From Candidatus Schekmanbacteria bacterium RIFCSPLOWO2_02_FULL_38_14 (GTDB lineage Bacteria; Schekmanbacteria; GWA2-38-11), in contig MGDH01000016.1 in NCBI GenBank assembly GCA_001790855.1, positions 2,044-66,043 on the forward strand: a stretch of 64,000 bases of DNA, read 5' to 3'. The notes beneath the pieces were generated by a model. The model ran no database searches and had not been told where the DNA came from. It saw nothing but the letters and a program-made list of their open reading frames with translations. Each line of letters starts with the position of its first letter. The first letter of the stretch is position 1. Of the stretch, positions 57,035 through 64,000 are shown piece by piece. A program made the position numbers and the translations under genes.

Positions 57035-57811
57035 CTATTGCCCAAAATAACCTCTTCCCTGTCCTCCATCTATAGGAATAATGCTTCCCGTATTAAAAGA
57101 AGCTAATTCAGAACAAAGAAATGTGACAAAGTTTCCAATTTCTTCAGGTTGACCAAAACGCCCAATGCGCTGCCTTTCAGTCAGAAATTTTTTGACATGT
57201 TCAGGATTTTCTTTTAAGGTTATATCCCAATATCCCTTCTCTGTGAAAACCGCACCTGGAAGCACGGCAGAAACTACGACTCCATCTGGAGCAACGACAC
57301 CGCCAAAACTTCTTGTATACGCTGTCAAGGCAGCTTTTATTGCACAATAAGTTACAGGGCCATGGTTTTCCATCGAAGAAATAGAAGAAATGTGAACTAC
57401 ACGCCCCCACTTCTTTTTTTGCATATTTGGAACAAGAAGTATGTTTAATTCTACTGCAACTTCAAAATTGAAACGATATATACGTCTCCAATCCTGAATA
57501 GAACAAAAAGGATCCTTTATATCAAGTGTACCACCAAGATTATGTACCAATATAGATGGCTTTCCAAAGTCCTTATTAAGTATTTTAACAAGTTCTGCAG
57601 GACCGGTATCATCGGTCAGGTCAAGTGTTATTCCTAAATGTCCCTTAACTTTTCCACCTATTTCATCTATCAAGCTTTCTACATCAGCAGAAGTCCTTGA
57701 AACAACGGCAACACGCGATCCTTCCCTTGCAAGACATTGTGCTATAGCCCGCCCAATACCACGACCTCCGCCAGTTACTAAAGCTAACCGGCCAAAAATT
57801 CCTAAATTCAA
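57035..57811 (-). CDS. Classical SDR oxidoreductase
   Basis: 258 aa. TGGGRGIGRA, YCAIK (YxxxK). Confidence 0.88.
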   Translation of the reverse strand: MNLGIFGRLALVTGGGRGIGRAIAQCLAREGSRVAVVSRTSADVESLIDEIGGKVKGHLGITLDLTDDTGPAELVKILNKDFGKPSILVHNLGGTLDIKDPFCSIQDWRRIYRFNFEVAVELNILLVPNMQKKKWGRVVHISSISSMENHGPVTYCAIKAALTAYTRSFGGVVAPDGVVVSAVLPGAVFTEKGYWDITLKENPEHVKKFLTERQRIGRFGQPEEIGNFVTFLCSELASFNTGSIIPIDGGQGRGYFGQ

Positions 57812-57827
57812 AATAATCTCCTTAATA

Positions 57828-59030
57828 TCAAATTATATGTAAAGGATAGATAATATGCTTAGGTCTGAATGCAAATAGTTTAGTCATTATAGGTTTAATA
57901 TTATCAATCGCAGTAACAAAAATAGTTAACCCATTAGTATTTTCAATTTTATTTGAATGTTGAACTTGAACCGGAAGGTTAGCATAAAACAAATCATCTT
58001 TTTCTTTGTCATCATCAATGACTGCTTTCAAAAACGAAAGGTCAGTTTTTAAATGATATGCTAAAACCGGAAGCATCAGAGCAGCACCATACCCGTATAT
58101 ATGGGTGTTCTTGAATTCAAATAATATTTTTCTCGTATTATCCATTTGGCTGAAAAACAGGTTTCTCTTGCGTTCAATATCTTCTTTTGCAAAAGGGAAT
58201 TTAAAGCGTTTTTGTTTTGAAGTCTTTTTTCTAAAAGCAACAATTAAAGCACCCCAATTGTGATAATTTTCAGTAAAACCTATTAACTCAGCTCCGCATT
58301 TTTCTAAAAGAACACTGAGCGAGCTTAAACTAAAGTATTGTAAATGTTCATGAAAAACCTGATCAAACCTTCCTTTTGTTATCAAAGATTCAAATCCTGG
58401 CATTTCAAAAAGGAAAAGTGTATTTGCGGTGGAACAATCAATCAGTTTTTTTAAAACAGTTTGAGGGTCAAAAATATGTTCAAGAGTATGCCTGCACACA
58501 ATTAGATCAGGCTTACAGGGAAGGGCTTTTTCTAAATCAATGTCTTCAAGTGCCCCTCCTATAACGTGTAAATTTTGGTCATCATTATCTGGTTTTTTTG
58601 AAGTCCATATAGGATCAATTCCTATCCTTGTCTTTCCAAAGGATTTCATTTTATTTAGTAAATATAAATCATTACATCCCACATCAATAATGCACTCAAT
58701 TTTTTTGTTTGGAATAAGAGTTTTTAAATAATCAAGAAATATTTCAGTCCCATGTTGCGCGGTTGTACTTAAAGAAGTTCTGAAAGTATATTTCTGAGAA
58801 TCATAAAGTATTTCAGGATTAATCTGATTTCGAAGTTGACCATGTCCGCATTCCGGACACCATAACAAAGCTTGATCAAACCCTTCTGAAAAATCAGCAT
58901 GCTTTTTTTTTGAAAACAAACCAGTAATTGGCAATTCCGGCATACTCATAATCTCAATGAGATTTTCATTATTGCAAACTGCACACCACGATCTTTTACA
59001 TACAATTATATCTTCATGCTTTATGGACAT
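57828..59030 (-). CDS. NDP-hexose C-methyltransferase (TylCIII/EvaC-type architecture)
   Basis: Start moved to MSIKHEDIIVC (ATG 59030). N-terminal Cys4 Zn motif (CAVC...CPECG), SAM motif IIDVGCNDLYLL, C-terminal domain. The track start 59234 would overlap the upstream gene by 221 nt. Confidence 0.75.
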   Translation of the reverse strand: MSIKHEDIIVCKRSWCAVCNNENLIEIMSMPELPITGLFSKKKHADFSEGFDQALLWCPECGHGQLRNQINPEILYDSQKYTFRTSLSTTAQHGTEIFLDYLKTLIPNKKIECIIDVGCNDLYLLNKMKSFGKTRIGIDPIWTSKKPDNDDQNLHVIGGALEDIDLEKALPCKPDLIVCRHTLEHIFDPQTVLKKLIDCSTANTLFLFEMPGFESLITKGRFDQVFHEHLQYFSLSSLSVLLEKCGAELIGFTENYHNWGALIVAFRKKTSKQKRFKFPFAKEDIERKRNLFFSQMDNTRKILFEFKNTHIYGYGAALMLPVLAYHLKTDLSFLKAVIDDDKEKDDLFYANLPVQVQHSNKIENTNGLTIFVTAIDNIKPIMTKLFAFRPKHIIYPLHII

Positions 59031-60012
59031 AATCGAGCGGCTCCTTTTTAATCTGCTCCCAATCATTCTCAACCCATTTGACAACGCCAGCCAAACCCTC
59101 TTCCATAGAGATAGTTGGTTTCCATTCAAATTCTTTTCTCGCTTTACCAGAATCAATAACATAGGCAGCATCCTGCCCAAGCCTCTCAGCAACTGTTTTT
59201 GTTGCCTTATTAAAATCGAGTCCCATTTTTTCACAAATAATACGCACTACATCCCTTACAGCAATCCCTTGATCCGGAGACAGGTGGTAGATTTCACCTG
59301 TTCTTCCTTTTTCCATCGCAGCAAGTTCCCCGATTGAAATATCTCTTATATGGATATAAGACTTGACTGCTTTGCCACCACCGTGAAGCTCAATAATCTT
59401 TCCTAACTTTAAATAAATTGCTGACCTTGGAATAATTTTAAATAATTGCTGGTGCGCACCATATACATTGGTAGAACGGATCATTACCATTGGAAATCCA
59501 AAGTTCTTCACAAAAGTAAAAAGTGACAAATCCCCTGCAGCCTTAGATGCTGCATAAGGAGTACTGGAATTTAGCGGAGCGTCTTCTTTTACAATTCCTA
59601 CGCAGGTGCCATATACTTCAGGAGAAGAAATATGAACATACCGTCTAAGAAATTTACGGTCTTTTAAAGCGTGTGCTAATTCAGTAATTGAAACTGCATT
59701 TGTTTGAAACCACTGGCCAGGATTTTCCCAACTCGGAGCTACCTCGCTTTGTGCAGCAAAATTCACTACAAAGTCGGGTTTAAAAGAATCAACCAGATTG
59801 ATAACCTGAGACATACCTTTATTCAAATCCATCTTATAAAATTTAAAGTCCGGGTTCTTGCTCTTCTTGTAAGGTAAAAACAAAGCACTTTTCTCCGGTG
59901 ACCTGCTGATACCTGCAACCGAGTATCCTCCCTTTTCCAGCAACAAATCTATAAAATCGCTACCCGAAAAAGAGTTACTGCCTATTACTATAACTTTCTG
60001 TTTACTTTGCAT
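59014..60012 (-). CDS. NDP-hexose 4,6-dehydratase family SDR
   Basis: 332 aa. VIGSNSFSGSDF, ISSPEVYG, TPYAASKAAGD. Confidence 0.78.
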   Translation of the reverse strand: MQSKQKVIVIGSNSFSGSDFIDLLLEKGGYSVAGISRSPEKSALFLPYKKSKNPDFKFYKMDLNKGMSQVINLVDSFKPDFVVNFAAQSEVAPSWENPGQWFQTNAVSITELAHALKDRKFLRRYVHISSPEVYGTCVGIVKEDAPLNSSTPYAASKAAGDLSLFTFVKNFGFPMVMIRSTNVYGAHQQLFKIIPRSAIYLKLGKIIELHGGGKAVKSYIHIRDISIGELAAMEKGRTGEIYHLSPDQGIAVRDVVRIICEKMGLDFNKATKTVAERLGQDAAYVIDSGKARKEFEWKPTISMEEGLAGVVKWVENDWEQIKKEPLDYVHKA

Positions 60013-60039
60013 TATTCACCTTGGTACTCTTGAACATTA

Positions 60040-60090
60040 GAAGTGAGGTAATAAGAAATGGGAACCCATTTCTCACTTCCCATTACCTCA
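60040..60090 (-). other. Nested intercistronic stem-loop (no U-tract)
   Basis: On the minus strand: GAGGTAAT-gggaagtg-AGAAATGGG-tt-CCCATTTCT-t-ATTACCTC. Lies between the E1-beta stop and the dehydratase start. Confidence 0.3.
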
Positions 60091-60118
60091 TTTCAATATA
60101 GCCTATATGGAGCATTTT

Positions 60119-61177
60119 TTAAAAAGGACCGGTAAATGATCTGTCCGGAACATCCAGAGGGGTATCATGAAAAATTCCGAGTTCTTCTTCACTCCGCAAG
60201 GGAAGTCCAAACATCTTTCCGGCTGCATTGACAATATCAACAGATTTAGGATAATAATGATTTGCCAGTGCCCAACTTGTTGGAGTTGGAACGTCCGGAA
60301 ATGTCACACGGGAAGGAGCAGATTTCAGATAGCTATGCGCCTTTTCACATACAAATGCTATTATTTCGGCAGAAACACCAAAGCTGCGCCATGCACCATC
60401 TACTACCAAAAGATGGCCAGTTCTCCTAACAGAGTCTAAAATTAATTCTTCGTCCATGGGTTTAATCGTTCTCAAATCTATAACGTCGGAGTTGATTCCG
60501 CCTTTGGCAAGAATATCTGCTGCTTTTAATGCCTCTAAAGACATGTACGATGAAGCAACGATTGTTATTGAATTCCCTTCTCGCATTTTTTTTGCTTTGC
60601 CTATAGGAACGCGATACATCTCCTCTGGAACATGACCAAATATATTATGCAACCAGCGGTGTTCGAGATAAATAACCGGGTTATCATCTTCAATTGCTGC
60701 TATCAATAAACCTTTAGCATCATATGGCGTAGTCGGCATCACAACCTTCAACCCGGGAATATGCGCAAAAATAGACTGCAGGCTCTGCGAGTGCTGTGGC
60801 CCCTGACCCCAACCCCTCCCAATAATCAAACGGATTACCAAAGGTACTTTCATCTTTCCACCAAACATATAGTGCCATTTTGCTGCATTATTGATGATTT
60901 GATCCAATGATAAGAGCATAAAATCAATACGCTGGTGGGTAATAATTGGCCGCATCCCTACCAGAGATGAACCTATCGCAACCCCTGTCATTCCATTCTC
61001 TGCAACGGGCATATCCATTACCCTTTTACTGCCAAACTTTTTTTCAAGACCAATGGTGGTTCCAAATATTCCTTTGGGATCAGTAACACCAAGGCCCATA
61101 ATATAGACAGAAGGGGCATTTTCCAGACACTGGCTTGTGGCCTCAAGAATTGCCTGTGCGTAATTAAGTTCCCGCAT
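60119..61177 (-). CDS. ThDP-dependent 2-oxoacid dehydrogenase E1 component, beta subunit-like
   Basis: 352 aa. DMPVAENGMTGVAIG, GRGWGQGPQHSQS and a C-terminal transketolase-C-like domain. Confidence 0.88.
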   Translation of the reverse strand: MRELNYAQAILEATSQCLENAPSVYIMGLGVTDPKGIFGTTIGLEKKFGSKRVMDMPVAENGMTGVAIGSSLVGMRPIITHQRIDFMLLSLDQIINNAAKWHYMFGGKMKVPLVIRLIIGRGWGQGPQHSQSLQSIFAHIPGLKVVMPTTPYDAKGLLIAAIEDDNPVIYLEHRWLHNIFGHVPEEMYRVPIGKAKKMREGNSITIVASSYMSLEALKAADILAKGGINSDVIDLRTIKPMDEELILDSVRRTGHLLVVDGAWRSFGVSAEIIAFVCEKAHSYLKSAPSRVTFPDVPTPTSWALANHYYPKSVDIVNAAGKMFGLPLRSEEELGIFHDTPLDVPDRSFTGPF

Positions 61178-62160
61178 TATCTTAATTCGTCCCCAGCATA
61201 AACATCAGAATAAATTTGATTAATCTCAGGGAAAGGGCTCTCCTTAGCAAAATTAATCGCCGCATCAATTTCCGATCTAATCTTTTGCCTGAACTCTTTA
61301 ATCTGCTGCTGAAGAAGAATTCCCTCCTGAAGTAAACGCTTTTCAAAGTTTTCCACAGGGCATTTCTGGTACCATTCCATAAACTCTTCTTCCGACCGAT
61401 AGCCCAAATTATTATCATAATTAGGTCCGCAGTGCTCGCGAAACCTATATGTATCAAACTCAATAAAGGAGGGCCCTAAACATTTGCGGGCATGTTCAAT
61501 GGCTTTCCCAGCAATATGATCTACTACCTCTACATCATTACCATCCCCCTTTTCACTGTATATACCAAATGCCCTTGCAATAGATAAATTATCACGTTCT
61601 TCTGGCTGACGAACTGAAAGCGGCGAATATACAGAATAAAAGTTGTTCTCACAAACAAAAACAACCGGCAATTTTTTCAAGGCAGCAAAGTTTAAACTCT
61701 CACAAAACACCCCTTCCTCTGTAGCGGCGTCTCCCAAAAAAACAACTGTAACTCTATTTTCTCCTTTCATAACTGTTCCAAAAGCAACTCCTACAGCAAC
61801 CGGAATAATTCCTCCTACTATAGGGGTCGATCCCAAATAATTTACTTCAAGATCTACAAGATGCATAGAACCTCCTTTGCCTTTTGTACAACCAGTGGCT
61901 TTGCCTAATATTTCCGCCATCATCGCTCTAAGACTGCCTCCTTTGGCAAGAAAGTGGCCATGACTCCTGTGGTTACTCATTACATAGTCTTCTTTTCTAA
62001 GATTTGCACAGACACCCGCGGCTATGGCTTCCTGGCCTGAGCAGAGATGGACTGGACAACGCATCTGTTGTTCAGGATATAACTCTACAATGGTTTCCTC
62101 CACCATGCGGATTTTTAACATATTATAATAAAGCTCTAACTTTTTTTCTTTAATAATCAT
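61177..62160 (-). CDS. ThDP-dependent 2-oxoacid dehydrogenase E1 component, alpha subunit-like
   Basis: 327 aa. GQEAIAAG, HRSHGH, GGSMH, ThDP motif GDAATEEG...CENN. 1-nt overlap with the beta gene. Confidence 0.88.
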   Translation of the reverse strand: MIIKEKKLELYYNMLKIRMVEETIVELYPEQQMRCPVHLCSGQEAIAAGVCANLRKEDYVMSNHRSHGHFLAKGGSLRAMMAEILGKATGCTKGKGGSMHLVDLEVNYLGSTPIVGGIIPVAVGVAFGTVMKGENRVTVVFLGDAATEEGVFCESLNFAALKKLPVVFVCENNFYSVYSPLSVRQPEERDNLSIARAFGIYSEKGDGNDVEVVDHIAGKAIEHARKCLGPSFIEFDTYRFREHCGPNYDNNLGYRSEEEFMEWYQKCPVENFEKRLLQEGILLQQQIKEFRQKIRSEIDAAINFAKESPFPEINQIYSDVYAGDELR

Positions 62161-62169
62161 TTTTAAAAA

Positions 62170-63183
62170 TTATTTTAGGTTAATTGCCTGCATGGTTTTA
62201 ATGTTGTAATATTTCTTATCCTCCATAGGATTAGGAATCTTACCCGCATTAAATGCAGCACAGAGATCTCTTGCAGCCTGCTCAACTGTTCTCTTGGCTA
62301 CAAATCCCAGCTCTCTTTTGATTTTTTCCGAAGAAACATGATAAGAACGGTTGTCATCTGTAGGCGTTGTAACAACCTCTATCCTGTCATTATTCATCTC
62401 CCTGGAAACTACTTTCCGCACCACTTGTGCAATTTCTTTGATTTTCATGTTGTCATATCCTGCATTAAAAATTTTACCATCAATTTTATCATCCGGATAC
62501 TCAAGCGTTTTTGCGTACAAGTCAGTCATGTCTCCGATATGAATATTAGGCCTTTTCTGCTCACCGCCAAAAACCATAATCCTGCCTTTATTCACTGCAT
62601 GATTAGTAAGAATATTAACCGAAAGGTCCAAACGTAGCCTCGGTGAATATCCGCAAACCGTGGCAGGCCTCAGCACCAAAACAACAAAGCCTGGGGTACG
62701 TTGCTCCATTAGATAAGTCTCACATAATGCCTTATACTTTGAATAATCAGTCAGAGGTTCTAATGGCAAATCTTCAGTAACATTCTCCTCTTCTTTTATA
62801 CCATAAACACTGGAACTTGAAGCATAAATGAATCTTTTCACTCCAACCTTTTTGGCGATATCAACCAAAGAGATAAAAGCATCATAATTAATGGACTTAC
62901 CCAACTCTGGATTGAGTTCATAACTGGGATCATTGGATATACAGGCAAGATGGATAACTGCATCTACACCTTGAAGTTCCCGCCAAAGTAAACTATCATC
63001 TCTAATATCTCCCTTAATCTGTTTCAAATTGGGATTGTCTTTTACTGAATCTAAAACATCATCACCATAAATATATAAATCAATTACTTTAACACAATAG
63101 CCTTTGTTCAGCAGTTTTGGCACTAATACAGCACCAACATAACCTGCGCCACCTGTTACCAAAACTTTTTTTGAACTACTCAT
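62170..63183 (-). CDS. Extended SDR NAD-dependent sugar epimerase
   Basis: Start moved to MSSSKKVLVTGGAGYVG (ATG 63183, preceded by GGAGGAAAG). ASSSSVYG, YSKYK (YxxxK). Confidence 0.85.
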   Translation of the reverse strand: MSSSKKVLVTGGAGYVGAVLVPKLLNKGYCVKVIDLYIYGDDVLDSVKDNPNLKQIKGDIRDDSLLWRELQGVDAVIHLACISNDPSYELNPELGKSINYDAFISLVDIAKKVGVKRFIYASSSSVYGIKEEENVTEDLPLEPLTDYSKYKALCETYLMEQRTPGFVVLVLRPATVCGYSPRLRLDLSVNILTNHAVNKGRIMVFGGEQKRPNIHIGDMTDLYAKTLEYPDDKIDGKIFNAGYDNMKIKEIAQVVRKVVSREMNNDRIEVVTTPTDDNRSYHVSSEKIKRELGFVAKRTVEQAARDLCAAFNAGKIPNPMEDKKYYNIKTMQAINLK

Positions 63184-63210
63184 ATAAAACTTTCCTCCAA
63201 AGGGTTCCAA

Positions 63211-64000
63211 CTATTTTAATAGTGCATGGATAAACTCAAGGACTTCATATTTCTCAACTGGTTTTTTATTGCATACAATCTGAACTGCTAAAGCTCCTGC
63301 TGCATTTCCAATAAAGGAAACTAAATCCAAAGGTATACCTTTGGCAATGCATGGAGCGGTATAAGCAAAGAACGCATCTCCGGCACCAACTGTATCAATT
63401 ACCTTAGTTGAAAATACAGGCGTTCGATTTATCTCACCATTGCTATTTACAGCTATTGAGCCGTGTTTACCTCTTGTTACCATAAAATAGTCGCTATCAA
63501 TGGCTCGAGCAATGTTCTTAGCGACATCTTCAATATTGGCATATTTTTCCTGAGCTGTGAGCCTGACCTCGGTTTCATCCAGGCAGACATAGGTTGGCTT
63601 ATAATATTTCGTAACCATATTGTAACCTGCATTTGCGGCATTTGTCTGGGTATTAACTGCAAATTTCTTTGCAAATTTTTCAATGACTTTGATTATTTTA
63701 TTGGTAATAAAGCCATGGCCAAAATCTGATATCAAAACTATATCATAGGAAGGTATTACAGTTTTTAAATACTTGATGACCTGTGACTCAAGGTCATCAT
63801 TAATATAGCTATCACTTAAATAGTTAACTTCAAATAATTTTTGATTAAAATACTGGTTAATATATCTCTTTTTAACAATAGTTGGGCCATCTACTCTGTA
63901 GAAAAAATTTGTCTTTATGTTAGGCTTAAGATTGGCCTTAATAAAATCTTCTCTTGAATCCTCTCTGCCAAGTAAAGAAACTAACAGCAAATCGTTACAT
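63211..64000 (-). CDS. PfkB-family carbohydrate kinase (N-terminus beyond window)
   Basis: The frame is open to position 64000, and the track's TTG at 63990 is probably internal. C-terminal PfkB signature DTVGAGDAF. Confidence 0.8.
   Translation of the reverse strand, partial: CNDLLLVSLLGREDSREDFIKANLKPNIKTNFFYRVDGPTIVKKRYINQYFNQKLFEVNYLSDSYINDDLESQVIKYLKTVIPSYDIVLISDFGHGFITNKIIKVIEKFAKKFAVNTQTNAANAGYNMVTKYYKPTYVCLDETEVRLTAQEKYANIEDVAKNIARAIDSDYFMVTRGKHGSIAVNSNGEINRTPVFSTKVIDTVGAGDAFFAYTAPCIAKGIPLDLVSFIGNAAGALAVQIVCNKKPVEKYEVLEFIHALLK

Noticed and set aside
59031-59234. N-terminal 68-aa extension of the C-methyltransferase ORF as given in the track (start 59234); similarly 53571..53642 for the SDR and 63184..63210 for the epimerase.
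   Set aside because: The extensions overlap the upstream genes by 98-221 nt (or, for the epimerase, lack an SD) and are not family-like. Internal ATGs give canonical N-termini, with an SD where visible.
207-63729. The many 60-170-aa ORFs in the track that lie antisense to or out of frame with the long genes. Examples: 3802..4149, 8949..9470, 15708..15938, 16009..16362, 28674..28997, 41174..41515, 46717..47061, 49959..50399, 58957..59337.
   Set aside because: Each is fully embedded in a longer ORF with clear family motifs. Their translations are low-complexity or hydrophobic runs typical of antisense frames in AT-rich DNA. None has an SD.
1-64000. CRISPR arrays, tRNA/rRNA genes, retron/DGR reverse transcriptases, and classical defence systems other than MNT/HEPN.
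   Set aside because: I saw no regularly spaced direct repeats, no cloverleaf-like or rRNA segments in the intergenic regions (all are under 560 nt), and no RT, Cas or restriction-like ORFs among the translations.

Overview
AT-rich (about 35% GC by eye) bacterial contig, probably from a diderm (LptE-like lipoprotein, MltG, lipobox lipoproteins, O-antigen-type genes). All calls rest on reading the supplied translations and the DNA; no searches were run. Layout: (1) 1-3.1 kb, two secreted proteins on the minus strand; the first is missing from the ORF track because it runs off the window. (2) 3.6-19.4 kb, an ordinary housekeeping block (ugd, yicC, gmk, maf, mtnA, pmbA-like, smpB, amidase, murI, rph, leuS, lptE, rpsT, mltG, ruvX), with GC-rich nested palindromic repeats in three intergenic spacers. 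(3) 19.5-21.5 kb, an MNT/HEPN toxin-antitoxin pair plus a stand-alone nucleotidyltransferase. (4) 21.7-64 kb, one uninterrupted minus-strand surface-glycan locus of 41 CDS that continues beyond the window. It holds Wzx-like and Wzy/ligase-like membrane proteins, GT2/GT4/GT26/GT-C transferases, a GDP-heptose/6-deoxy module and many SDRs and methyltransferases. The candidate undescribed system is its tailoring set: three cobalamin-type (class B) radical SAM enzymes, one methylthiotransferase-like radical SAM enzyme without a TRAM domain, three two-subunit thiamine-diphosphate enzymes (two split transketolases and an orphan E1 alpha/beta pair), an NDP-hexose C-methyltransferase and two paralogous uncharacterised GT-B-like proteins. 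Together these suggest branched, C-methylated or chain-extended sugars. Other oddities are an IS3-type transposase remnant abutting the polymerase gene and a GC-rich compositional island inside one transketolase gene.
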